64,000 bases of DNA from Gemmatimonadota bacterium (GTDB lineage Bacteria > Gemmatimonadota > Gemmatimonadetes > Palauibacterales > Palauibacteraceae): positions 3,168,001-3,232,000 of the forward strand of contig OY762926.1 of the NCBI GenBank assembly GCA_963666735.1, given 5' to 3'. Positions 39,225-48,460 of the stretch are shown here, in pieces. The translations under genes and the position numbers were made by a program. The first letter of the stretch is position 1, and every line of letters starts with the position of its first letter. Below the pieces are notes generated by a model. That model did no database searches and was not told the DNA's origin. It was given only the letters and a program-made list of their open reading frames with translations.

Positions 39225-39704
39225 TCAAGGGACCGCGGTGTAGTGGCCGTGGATGCAGAGCCAGCGGCCGTCCTCCCGCACGAAGATCCTCGTCGACTTT
39301 CCCCTGCTCGTGAAACGTCCCGCGTCGGTGTAGCCGGAATCCGTCCAGTAGTAGGTAATCCAGGCCACATCGCCCCGCATCGTGACTTCGGGTTGGTGCA
39401 TCTCCGTGTGTACGTCGCGCGCGCGCGTTAGGTAATCTCCGTAGCTCCTGAGCTCGAGCGCCCGGCCTTCGGCGAGGTAGACGTCGTTTTCCCCGAAGGC
39501 GGTGAAGTCCGGGTGGATGTACTGCGCGTAGGTGTCGAGGTCGCCGGCTTCGATCGCGGCCCACATTGCGACGAGCGTATCGATGACGTCCTGTTCGTCG
39601 CTCTGGGCCCACGCCGCCGGCGGGGCCAGTGTGGCCAGAACGAGGACGAAGGAGATCGGCAGCCCGACCCGCCGCCCCGACCTCCGCGTCGCTCGGCGGG
39701 CCAC
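39225..39704 (-). CDS. NTF2/SnoaL-like (DUF4440) secreted protein
   Basis: AIEAGDLD..HPDFTAF, GDVAWITYY, RIFVREDGRWLCIHGHY; start uncertain. Confidence 0.75.
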   Translation of the reverse strand: MARRATRRSGRRVGLPISFVLVLATLAPPAAWAQSDEQDVIDTLVAMWAAIEAGDLDTYAQYIHPDFTAFGENDVYLAEGRALELRSYGDYLTRARDVHTEMHQPEVTMRGDVAWITYYWTDSGYTDAGRFTSRGKSTRIFVREDGRWLCIHGHYTAVP

Positions 39705-39709
39705 GGAAG

Positions 39710-40276
39710 TCAGCGGCTCTCGTAGACGGAGGCGTTGCCTTCGGCGTCGAACTGGATGACGTCGTAGGGGTCGACGCGGTCCCCGAACTCCATGCCCGGA
39801 GAGCCGACCGGCATCCCCGGCACCGCGAGCCCGCTCGCGGAGGGCTTCTCGGCGAGGAAGCGGGCGATGACTTCCGCCGGGATATGGCCCTCGAACACGT
39901 AGCCGCCCACGAGCGCCGTGTGGCACGACTGCAGTTGGAGCGGCAGGCCCGCGTCGATCTTCACGCCGATCATGTCGTCGGTGTTCTCCACGTCGAGCTG
40001 GAAGCCGGCTTCCCGCATGTGGTCCACCCAGAGCGCGCAGCACCCGCAGGTGGGCGACTTGTAGACCTTGATCGTCGGGGTTTCGGCGATGGTCGCGGCC
40101 AGTGCCGCATCGACCGTCGCAGCGAAGGTCGCATCGGCCATGGCGTGAGCGGGAGTCGCGGCCGCCGTGTCTCCGCTGTCCGCCGACGCCTCCGGCGCGC
40201 ACCCGCCGACGAGCAGCGCCAAGCCGATCGAGGCCGCTCCGACGCCCACCTTTCCGAACTTTTCGTTCAACATCAT
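39710..40276 (-). CDS. DUF411 metal-binding protein (CopG-like), lipoprotein
   Basis: VYKSPTCGCC..W, SCHTA, EGHIP, GLAVPGMPVGSPGME. Confidence 0.92.
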   Translation of the reverse strand: MMLNEKFGKVGVGAASIGLALLVGGCAPEASADSGDTAAATPAHAMADATFAATVDAALAATIAETPTIKVYKSPTCGCCALWVDHMREAGFQLDVENTDDMIGVKIDAGLPLQLQSCHTALVGGYVFEGHIPAEVIARFLAEKPSASGLAVPGMPVGSPGMEFGDRVDPYDVIQFDAEGNASVYESR

Positions 40277-40435
40277 CACTCCCGGTTCGATTCCTGCCGC
40301 TCGATCCCCCAAGTTATCCGTGAGGGGGCTCGCACGGTACCATTACGATACGATGGTGCGCGGCATCATGGGGCTATCATGCACGCGGATGCGGGCGCCA
40401 CGCGGGTGGCGGGCAAACCCTGAGAGCGGCGAGGC

Positions 40436-41527
40436 GTGATGGAGAGACTGTCACAACTGTGGAGCGAAGCGGTGGCCTTCATGGCTCCGCGCTGGCTGCC
40501 CAGCCTGATCGTGATCGCGGCCGCCGGCCTCGTCTACCTCGTGGCGCTGATGGTCCTGGGCCGCGCGCAGAAGCATTGGGTCACGCGAACCGCGACCCAA
40601 CTCGACGATCTCGCCGTGCGGCTGCTCCGCCAGGCGCTGCTGCTCTCGAGCGGGGCCTGGGCGGTCTGGCGCCTGCTGGAGATCTGGACCCTGCCCACCG
40701 TGGCCCAATGGGTCTACGCCATCTGGATCGGCGTCCTCTTCTTCCCGTTGAGCCGCTTCGTCGGGGATCTCCTGACGGCGCTCGAGACCGAGGTCGTCTC
40801 CCGCACCTCGACGCCGCTCGACAAGACGGCGCTCCCGATGGTCAACACGGCGATCCGCTTCGCGATCATCGCCCTCGGCATCGTCCTCGCGCTGGCGGAA
40901 CTGGGCATCAACATCGCGCCGCTCCTCGCCGGCGCCGGCGTCATGGGTCTCGCCCTTTCGCTCGCCGCCAAGGACACGCTCTCCAACGTGATCGCGGGCG
41001 TGCTCCTCATCGTCGATCGCCCCTTCCAGGTCGGGGACCGGATCGAACTGTGGACCGCGCCCAACGAGACGGGGTCCTGGGGCGACGTGATCGAGATCGG
41101 GCTCCGGGCCACGAAGATCCGAAATCCCGACAACCTCGTCGTCGTCGTCCCGAACAATCAGATCATGCAGCGCGACATCATCAACTACACGATGTCGGGC
41201 GAAGACATCAGGCTGCGGATCCCGTTCTCGGTCGCCTACGAGTCGGACATCGAGCGGGCGAAGTCGCTGCTCGTGGACATCGCCCTGAGCGTGGAGGGGG
41301 TGAAGGCCGATCCCGCGCCGATCGTCATCGCCCGCAGTTTCGGCCCGTCGGAGGTCAAGCTTCAACTGCGCGTCTGGATTCTGGAGGCGAGGGCGAGACG
41401 GCGCATCGCCGACGACATCAGCGAGAGGGCGCTCCCCGCCTTCGCGAAGGCGGGCGTGGAGATCCCCTATCCGAAGCGGGAACTCTACATCCGGTCCTCG
41501 GATGGGTCGCTGGCCGGCGGGGGCTGA
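40436..41527 (+). CDS. mscS: Small-conductance mechanosensitive channel
   Basis: LLAGAGV.GLAL.LAAKDTLSN, PFQVGD, IGLRATKI, VPN, EIPYP. Confidence 0.92.
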   Translation: MMERLSQLWSEAVAFMAPRWLPSLIVIAAAGLVYLVALMVLGRAQKHWVTRTATQLDDLAVRLLRQALLLSSGAWAVWRLLEIWTLPTVAQWVYAIWIGVLFFPLSRFVGDLLTALETEVVSRTSTPLDKTALPMVNTAIRFAIIALGIVLALAELGINIAPLLAGAGVMGLALSLAAKDTLSNVIAGVLLIVDRPFQVGDRIELWTAPNETGSWGDVIEIGLRATKIRNPDNLVVVVPNNQIMQRDIINYTMSGEDIRLRIPFSVAYESDIERAKSLLVDIALSVEGVKADPAPIVIARSFGPSEVKLQLRVWILEARARRRIADDISERALPAFAKAGVEIPYPKRELYIRSSDGSLAGGG

Positions 41528-41528
41528 G

Positions 41529-42869
41529 TTGAGGCGCGCCGGGACGCCGGGACGCCGGCCGCTCCTCGCGATCTCCGCAGCAGTGGCGGCGGGTCTCCCC
41601 GGAGGGTTGGCCGGCGCCGGCCAGGACACGTTCATCGCGCTGCAATCGGAGTTGTTCACCAATGTGACGGTGATCGACGGCCGCGGCGGGCCACCCCGGC
41701 CTTCCTCCGCCGTTCTCGTGCGGGGCGGCCGCATCCAGGACGTCGGCGCCCAGGGTTCCGTGGCCGCTCCGGAAGGCACCGTCGTCGTGGATCTCTCGGG
41801 CTCCTATCTCATCCCCGGGTTCATCGACGCCCACGCCTCGCCTCGAACCACGGACGAATTGCGGGCACTGCTGGCGGCCGGGATCACGGGCGTGCGCGAC
41901 GGAGCCGTTTCGCTGGCCGCCTTCGTGGAGCGGGGCCGCGGAGGCTTCGGCGAAGACCCCGTTCCCGCCGTCTACATCGGCGGGCCCGTCCTCGATGCCG
42001 GGGACGCGCCGCGCGGCGCGGCGCTGGCATCGGAAGCCGCCGCCGTCGCCGAGGTGGCGCGGCAGGCCGCGGACGGGGCCGGCTTCGTCTCCGTCGCCTC
42101 GAGCGTGCCTCCGTCGTGGCTGGTCGGGATCGCGCGGGCCGCGCGCCGGGCGGACGTGCCGCTGTGGGCCGACCGCCGGGAGGGGGGCTGGCTGCTGGCC
42201 CTCCGTGCCGGGTCCGCCGTCGCGAGCCCGCTGGTCTCCGGCGACTCCGAGTTGCTGCCGGAGAGCGCGCGCGGACCCTTCGAGGCGTTCGCGGGCGCCG
42301 GGCGGGTCCCGGGCCGGATCGCCTGGCTGGAGCGGCTGGAGCCGCACGGACCCGATGTCGACCGTGCCGTCGCCGCGCTCCTTTCGAATGACTCGGCCCT
42401 CATGCCGTTACTGGCCAGCGCGTCCGCCCCCCTCGACTGCCCGGCCGAGTCCGCCGCCTGCACGCCGCCGTCCGACGACGAACGGACCGCGCTTCAGGCG
42501 GTCTGGCCCAAGGCCGAGGCGCTGGTCCAGACCTTCCACGGCCACGGGGTCCGCCTGCTCGTGGGATCCGATGCGCCGCGAACGACGGCGTGGGGTGAGG
42601 GTTTTCACCGTGAGATGCAGTTGCTCGTGGAGGCCGGCATCCCTCCCCTCGAAGTTCTCGGGATGGCCACGAGGAACGGCGCCATAGCGCTCGGCCAACT
42701 GCACGAGCGGGGGACGATCGAGATCGGGAAGCGCGCGGACTTCCTCGTTTTGGAGGCGAATCCCGTCGCCGACATCCGGAACGCGCGCCGCATCTCTCTC
42801 GTCGTGATGGACGGGCGGGCCTGGACCCTCGGTCCCGATGACGCCTGGAGACGCGTCCGCTTCAACTGA
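41529..42869 (+). CDS. Amidohydrolase family protein (divergent metal site)
   Basis: NVTVIDG, IPGFIDAH, GSDA, ATRNGA, GTIEIGKRADF.VL..NP. Confidence 0.82.
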   Translation: MRRAGTPGRRPLLAISAAVAAGLPGGLAGAGQDTFIALQSELFTNVTVIDGRGGPPRPSSAVLVRGGRIQDVGAQGSVAAPEGTVVVDLSGSYLIPGFIDAHASPRTTDELRALLAAGITGVRDGAVSLAAFVERGRGGFGEDPVPAVYIGGPVLDAGDAPRGAALASEAAAVAEVARQAADGAGFVSVASSVPPSWLVGIARAARRADVPLWADRREGGWLLALRAGSAVASPLVSGDSELLPESARGPFEAFAGAGRVPGRIAWLERLEPHGPDVDRAVAALLSNDSALMPLLASASAPLDCPAESAACTPPSDDERTALQAVWPKAEALVQTFHGHGVRLLVGSDAPRTTAWGEGFHREMQLLVEAGIPPLEVLGMATRNGAIALGQLHERGTIEIGKRADFLVLEANPVADIRNARRISLVVMDGRAWTLGPDDAWRRVRFN

Positions 42870-43050
42870 CTACACAGCCTACGATGCTCCAGCAAGATCT
42901 CATGTTGTCCAATGTAGTCCGTAACACGCTGATATGCAGCGTGTTAGATCCCTGCGGGAGGCAATGGCCCCGGCGCGGACATGGACGGCCCCGGCGGCCG
43001 ATCGCCTTCGGGGCGAGCGATCCGGCCGCAGGTCTCAGTCTCATTGGGGC

Positions 43051-43647
43051 TCAGAACGAGACGTATCCGCCCATCTGGAAGCGCTCGTCGGACTCGTCGA
43101 CATGGAGGATGAACCGCGCCCCGTAGCGCCGTCCGAACGTCAAGCTCGCACCGGCGGTCGGCTCAACGTAGTCGCTGCCGTCGTAGTGGATCCCCACGCG
43201 GAACCTCGGGCGAACGAGCCAACTGGAACGTCCAAGCAGGACCGAGGCGCCGATATGGTTGCGCGATCCGGCCTGTCGAAACAGAGGGATGGCGATCCCG
43301 GTCATGCCGCCCAGGTCCGTGACGTAGGGGCCGGCGCACCGGTAGGTCTCCACCATCCCGTACAGCGACACCGGCCCCGCGACCCGCCCGTTGATGCCGA
43401 CGTATTGTCCGGGACACTGGTTGTCCCCCACGATCCCGGCTTCGAGCATGAAACGGCGCGCTGCCTCCCGACGGTCCGGTGCCTCCTGCCCCCAAACCTG
43501 CGAGGGCAACACCGCCAGGCACGCCAACGACAGCCAGAAGACATGAGTACGCCTTGCCCCAATGCTGATTCTACCGGCTGGCTCCACGGAGTTGGCGAAC
43601 TCCCCGGCGGCGTAGCGTCGTCGCCAAGCTCTGGCGAAATCGAACAT
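43051..43647 (-). CDS. Hypothetical exported protein, possibly a small outer-membrane beta-barrel
   Basis: RBS GAGGAG, signal-like segment, alternating beta pattern, C-terminal YVSF. Confidence 0.55.
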   Translation of the reverse strand: MFDFARAWRRRYAAGEFANSVEPAGRISIGARRTHVFWLSLACLAVLPSQVWGQEAPDRREAARRFMLEAGIVGDNQCPGQYVGINGRVAGPVSLYGMVETYRCAGPYVTDLGGMTGIAIPLFRQAGSRNHIGASVLLGRSSWLVRPRFRVGIHYDGSDYVEPTAGASLTFGRRYGARFILHVDESDERFQMGGYVSF

Positions 43648-44355
43648 GGTGGTCTCCTCGCTTCACCTGAGGTCGTTCTCTGAGCGCCGTCGCCGTTCGG
43701 GCATCTCGACGGTCAAGACCGACACTTGAGAGCTGGCGGCGCATGTCAGCCCGCGATAGAGGGGAATCCCTGAAACCAGCTGTGGGATCACCCGGAAAAC
43801 TCGCCGCTTCGGCAGCGTTCGCGGTCAGGTAGTTCGCCCGCTTCCGGCTGGCCGCGCCAGTCGTCGGAGGTTCCCCCGCCGACCACCAATCACCACCGGC
43901 CGCGGCCGTCGAGTCGGGGCCGAGCCTCCTTCCCAACCCAGCAATAGCCCGGTCGTGCGCGGCGTGACGCGCCCGGGACCTGCGCTGGACGAGGGATGGC
44001 GGGCATGTCCGCTCCCCTGCGCCCGTCCTCGTGGGAGATGGAAGAGCGACACCTTGCCGGTTGCTCGGTCGCCATCGAAGGCGAACCCGTCAGGAGTTCG
44101 AGACCAACGGCTGGCCCGAACGCTGACGGCCCTCACGTCTCATAGCGTCTCAGGTATTCCCATCCATCCATCCATCAAGGTGTGTTTTTCTCCGCCTACT
44201 TCGACGCAAACGCCCGCTCTGCCGCTATCGCGCTCTGTGGAGCTGTCCCGCTTTCACGGACGGTTAGTTTCTGTGGTTGATCGCCTCCGGTTCTTCTCCT
44301 TTCAGCCTCCCTCAGGCGCTCGGGAGAGGATGTCGGTGTGCGCCGCGGGTGCGCC

Positions 44356-45204
44356 TCAGGCCGCATGGTTGCTCTCGTAGTCGGCCGGCGACTCGTAGCC
44401 GAGTGCCGAGTGCAGCCGCCGGGTGTTGTAGAAGCCCTCGATGAAGCCGAAGACCTCCCGTCGCGCCTCGTCCGCCGTGCGGAACGAGCGCTTCCAGATC
44501 AGCTCGCACTCGAGGGTGGCGAAGAAGCTCTCGCACATGGCGTTGTCGTACGCATCGCCCGCCGAGCCCATGGACTGGGCGATGCCCGACTCGCGGCAGC
44601 GCTCCCCGAAGGCGAGCGAGGTGTACTGCGAGCCCCTGTCGGAATGATGCACGACACGACCCTCGGGACGACGCCTTGCGAGAGCCATCGCCAGCGCGGT
44701 CTCGACGAGCTCGGTCCGCATGTGCGTCGCCATGGCCCAGCCGACGACGCGGCGGCTCCAGACGTCGAGCACGACGGCCAGATACAGCCAGCCAGCCCAC
44801 GTGGGGACGTAGGTGATGTCGGCCACCCACAGCTCGTCGGGCCCCGAGGCCGAGAAGTCACGGTCCACCAGGTCCGGCGCGGGGCGGGCCTCGGCATCCC
44901 TCTTCGTCGTCGCCGTCTTGAAGCGCCGCCTGGTCGCGCCCTCGATCTCCAGCCCCCTCATCAGCCGCCCCACGCGCTTCTGCCCCACCCGCTCGCCCTC
45001 GGCCCTGAGCGCCGCGTGGATCCGCGGACGGCCGTACGTCTCGCCGCTGCCGGTCCATATCTTCGCGATCCGCGCCTCCAGTTCCGCGTCCCGACGCGCG
45101 CGGTCCGAGGGAGGACGCCTCAACCAGTCGTAGTAGCCGCTGGGGGAGAGACCCAGCACCCGGCACATGGCCCGAAGCGGGAACTCGGCCCGGTGCGCCC
45201 TCAT
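44356..45204 (-). CDS. IS3 transposase OrfB (DDE integrase core)
   Basis: WVADITY, HHSDRGSQY, DNAMCESFF, YNTRRLHSALG. Confidence 0.95.
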   Translation of the reverse strand: MRAHRAEFPLRAMCRVLGLSPSGYYDWLRRPPSDRARRDAELEARIAKIWTGSGETYGRPRIHAALRAEGERVGQKRVGRLMRGLEIEGATRRRFKTATTKRDAEARPAPDLVDRDFSASGPDELWVADITYVPTWAGWLYLAVVLDVWSRRVVGWAMATHMRTELVETALAMALARRRPEGRVVHHSDRGSQYTSLAFGERCRESGIAQSMGSAGDAYDNAMCESFFATLECELIWKRSFRTADEARREVFGFIEGFYNTRRLHSALGYESPADYESNHAA

Positions 45205-45515
45205 GAACGCATACCCCCGCCGGGGATCGATCCGCTCTCCCTCGCGAACCAGGCCGCGGCTTTTTTTAGGATGTCGCGCTCCATCCTGAGCCGCTTGTTC
45301 TCCCGCTCCAGGCGCCGCAGCTCGCTGCGCGCCTCCGTTGTCAGCCCGTCGCTACGGAACCCCTCGTCCACATCCGCCTGCCGGACCCAGTTCCGGATCG
45401 TCTGCTCCGACGGCTCGAACTTCCGGGCGAGTGACGCGGCACTACGCCCGCCCCTCACCAGTTCCACCAGCCGCTCCCTGTACTCGGATGGATACCGCCC
45501 CTTCCGGCCCGCCAT
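45201..45515 (-). CDS. IS3 transposase OrfA (HTH + leucine zipper)
   Basis: Y..EYRERLVELV, TIRNWVRQ, ILKKAAAWF; A7G slippery site at 45260-45267. Confidence 0.93.
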   Translation of the reverse strand: MAGRKGRYPSEYRERLVELVRGGRSAASLARKFEPSEQTIRNWVRQADVDEGFRSDGLTTEARSELRRLERENKRLRMERDILKKAAAWFARESGSIPGGGMRS

Positions 45516-45589
45516 GGAACACCTCCTTGCTTGACCCCAATGGATAGGTGTCCGTCAAAGCGGGGCAACTCCACTGCCGCTACTGGCCG

Positions 45590-46279
45590 CTATCGGGTGC
45601 GGTAACAGTAGGCGTCCCGCCGGCGCGTCAGATCCTCGATCACGGCCGCCTTGAAGGATTCCGCGCACTCCGAGCCGCCCAGTGCTCCGCGGTACTCCTC
45701 GATGTCCACGACTTCGGCACCCAGCCAGGCGCGCCGGAAGGGTCGCGGGAAGCGTTCCCCCGGCGCCTGAATGTGATGGAGCCCCCCACTGTAGGCGATG
45801 AACAGCCGGCCGTCCGGCATCGCCCGCAGGATGTCCGCGATCCCCCCGCGGACCGTCATCGGATTCCCTTCGCGGTCCAGCCCCGTTCGGCGCATCATCC
45901 GCCCCTCGGGAAGGATGAGGAGCACGGCCTCCGGATCCCGAACCTGCCGCAGCACTTTCTCCCACGTGTCATCGCGTTCGCGCGTGACCGGTACCACGTG
46001 CTTGGTGATGAGCAGAAAGAGCCGTCCCAGAATCGGCCGAGCCGCGGTCTTGTCCGCCAGCGGCAGGACCCCGTGCGTCGCGAGCTGCCAGAGCAGGCGG
46101 TTGGGTACCGCCGCAAGGAACACGGGCTCGAAGAGACTCGTGTGATTGAGCAGGGCGATCACGCGCAGACCCGCCCATGGTTCGTCGGCGTCTCGAACCC
46201 ATTCCAGCCGAACCCGGCAGAAGGCCTTGCCCGCGACCTTGATCGAGAAGAGAAGAAGAAAGACGATATAGCTGCGCAT
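45590..46279 (-). CDS. Lysophospholipid acyltransferase (PlsC-like)
   Basis: NHTSLFEP (HX4E variant) and LPEGR motifs. Confidence 0.75.
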   Translation of the reverse strand: MRSYIVFLLLFSIKVAGKAFCRVRLEWVRDADEPWAGLRVIALLNHTSLFEPVFLAAVPNRLLWQLATHGVLPLADKTAARPILGRLFLLITKHVVPVTRERDDTWEKVLRQVRDPEAVLLILPEGRMMRRTGLDREGNPMTVRGGIADILRAMPDGRLFIAYSGGLHHIQAPGERFPRPFRRAWLGAEVVDIEEYRGALGGSECAESFKAAVIEDLTRRRDAYCYRTR

Positions 46280-46351
46280 TTTGCGCAGTGTGCTCCCGGG
46301 GTTGGCGAGCGGTCAAGAGTTCCGGCGCTTCGGCCGGAGGAGGAGAACGGC

Positions 46352-47431
46352 ATGTTCCGAGTATGTCCGAGAACGGTCGGAGGGTCGCTGGGCGCGCTGA
46401 TACTCGTTGCGGGCGCGGGAGTCGGCCTCTGCACTCACGGCGTGGCCGCCGCGCAGGATCACACGATCATCGCCCTGAGCCACGACGACTTCACGGCCTA
46501 CGAGATCGATCCGGCGACCGGCCGCATCGTCCACCATTTCACGGCCGAGAACCAGCCGCACGAAGCGGTGGTGAGTCCCGATGGCGGCACAATCTTCGTG
46601 GCGATCCCCCGCGAGCCGGCCTACGTCGTGATCCTGGACGCGGAAACCTTCGAGGAGAAGGGGCGGATCGAGTCGGAGTACTTCCAGCGACCTCCGGACC
46701 TGCGGCCGTACGGCTCCGAGATGATCACGAACCGCTCGGCTCTCCCGCACGGCGTCGCGCTGAACCGGGACGGCACGAAGCTCTACGTCGGCGTCGAGTG
46801 GTCCGAGGTGCCCGGCCTCGTCATCTACGACGTGGCGCGCGGGGAGGTGGCGGGGAAGATCGACCTGCTCCTCGAAGGCGGACACTTCCTTGCCGTCGAC
46901 CGGCGGACCGACAAGCTGTACTACCCGCACCGCGACGATGACCGGGTCGTCGTCATCGACACGCGCACGGACGAAGTCGTGAAGATCATCGATGTCGCCG
47001 GCGGTCCGGTCGGCGTCGACTTCACGCCCGACGGGGAGGCGTGGGTGCATTCCGACTACGACGGCACCGTCACGGTCATCGACACGTCGAGCGACGAGGT
47101 CGTGGCGATGATCGACACCGGCGGCTGGGGCGCCGGCCGCATCGCGGTCTCACCCGACGGGCGATACGCGGCGTCCACCCGAAACGACACGGAGAATGTA
47201 GCCATCATCGATGTCGCAAAGCGGGAGGTGGCGGGTTACGTCACACTCGGCCCCGGGCCCGGCTTCCCGCTCTTCTCACCCGATGGCAAGAGGCTCTACG
47301 TGATGGTGCGCGGAAGGGGCGATGTCGCGGTCATCGACCTGAAGGCAGACGGTTCGGGCGCCATTGCGGCCCGCTATCCCGCAGGGGTGACTCCGTTTGG
47401 CGGCACCCTCCTGCCGAAGGGTTCCAACTGA
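46352..47431 (+). CDS. YncE/YVTN-type beta-propeller protein
   Basis: Repeated PH..A.SPDG..YV and VTVIDT blades; signal peptide; RBS GAGGAG. Confidence 0.85.
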   Translation: MFRVCPRTVGGSLGALILVAGAGVGLCTHGVAAAQDHTIIALSHDDFTAYEIDPATGRIVHHFTAENQPHEAVVSPDGGTIFVAIPREPAYVVILDAETFEEKGRIESEYFQRPPDLRPYGSEMITNRSALPHGVALNRDGTKLYVGVEWSEVPGLVIYDVARGEVAGKIDLLLEGGHFLAVDRRTDKLYYPHRDDDRVVVIDTRTDEVVKIIDVAGGPVGVDFTPDGEAWVHSDYDGTVTVIDTSSDEVVAMIDTGGWGAGRIAVSPDGRYAASTRNDTENVAIIDVAKREVAGYVTLGPGPGFPLFSPDGKRLYVMVRGRGDVAVIDLKADGSGAIAARYPAGVTPFGGTLLPKGSN

Positions 47432-47533
47432 GAGAAGACCGAAGTTGGCATTGATTCAGGCATGACCCCATCTTCGGGCGCCCGGCGGTACGCGTCCGGC
47501 GCTACACGGCGTCAGTATTCAGGAGTGCATCCC

Positions 47534-48460
47534 ATGAAAGCTCGATCTCTGTTCTTCGCGACACTGTGCACCGGTCTCTTCTCCACCCCCGTCCTCGCGC
47601 AGCGTGATTTCTCGGCTGTCCAGATCGAGGCGACGCATGTGGCCGGCAGCGTCTGGATGCTGGTGGGGAGCGGCGGCAATATCGGCGTGTCCTCGGGCTC
47701 CGATGGAGTGCTGATGGTCGACGACCAGTTCGCGCCGCTGGCGGACAAGATTCGCGACGCGCTGCGGGAGGTGGGACAGTCGGAGGAGGCCGCGGAGCCG
47801 CAGTTCCTTCTCAACACCCATTTCCACGGCGATCACACGGGCGGGAACGTCGAGTTCGGAGACGCCTCCACCATCGTGGCGCACACGAACGTGCGGACGA
47901 GGCTGGTGGCGGGCGGATCGCCCGAGGTGGCGCTGCCCGTCGTCACCTTCGATGACGCCGTCTCCATCCACTTCAACGGCGAGGAGATCCGGGCGTTCCA
48001 CATCCCGCACGGACACACGGACGGGGACGCCCTCATCTACTTCACCGGCTCGAACGTCCTCCACATGGGAGACGACTTCTTCGCCGGACGCTTCCCCTTC
48101 GTCGACATCGACAGCGGCGGGAGCGTGGAGGGGCTCGCGAACGGGATCTCGGACGTGCTGGGCAACGTGCCCGCCGATATCCGCATCATCCCCGGGCACG
48201 GCCCGCTCTCTTCCGTGGACGACCTGCGGACGTACCACCGCATGATCACCGAGACGATCGCGATGGTCCGCGGGAAGATCGACGCCGGGATGAGCAGCGA
48301 GCAAGTCCAGGGCGAGGGCGTCGCCGAGGAGTGGGCGGACTGGGGCGCCGGGTTCATCTCGACGGAACGCTGGCTCGACACCGTGCACCGCAGCCTTTCC
48401 GGCGCGGCGGGCGGTGAGGACGTCGAACACGGCCACGGCCACGGACACGGACACCATTAG
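47534..48460 (+). CDS. MBL-fold metallo-hydrolase (cyclase-like), His-rich C-terminus
   Basis: NTHFHGDHTGGN, GHTDGD, HMGD, IPGHG. Confidence 0.92.
   Translation: MKARSLFFATLCTGLFSTPVLAQRDFSAVQIEATHVAGSVWMLVGSGGNIGVSSGSDGVLMVDDQFAPLADKIRDALREVGQSEEAAEPQFLLNTHFHGDHTGGNVEFGDASTIVAHTNVRTRLVAGGSPEVALPVVTFDDAVSIHFNGEEIRAFHIPHGHTDGDALIYFTGSNVLHMGDDFFAGRFPFVDIDSGGSVEGLANGISDVLGNVPADIRIIPGHGPLSSVDDLRTYHRMITETIAMVRGKIDAGMSSEQVQGEGVAEEWADWGAGFISTERWLDTVHRSLSGAAGGEDVEHGHGHGHGHH

Larger units (their letters stand above)
44238..45573 (-). mobile_element. IS3-family insertion sequence, copy 1 (1336 bp)
   Basis: Imperfect terminal IRs TGGAGCTGTCCCGCTTTCACGGAC / GTCCGTCAAAGCGGGGCAACTCCA; 3-bp direct repeat CTG on both flanks. 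Confidence 0.95.

Noticed and set aside
42919..42949. attC-like site (TAAC...GTTAGAT)
   Set aside because: About 30 bp, too short for attC; it is a simple perfect hairpin without extrahelical bases.
45548..46351. Long N-terminal part of ORF 45548..47431
   Set aside because: It starts inside the IS end and runs antisense to the acyltransferase; the real start is ATG 46352.
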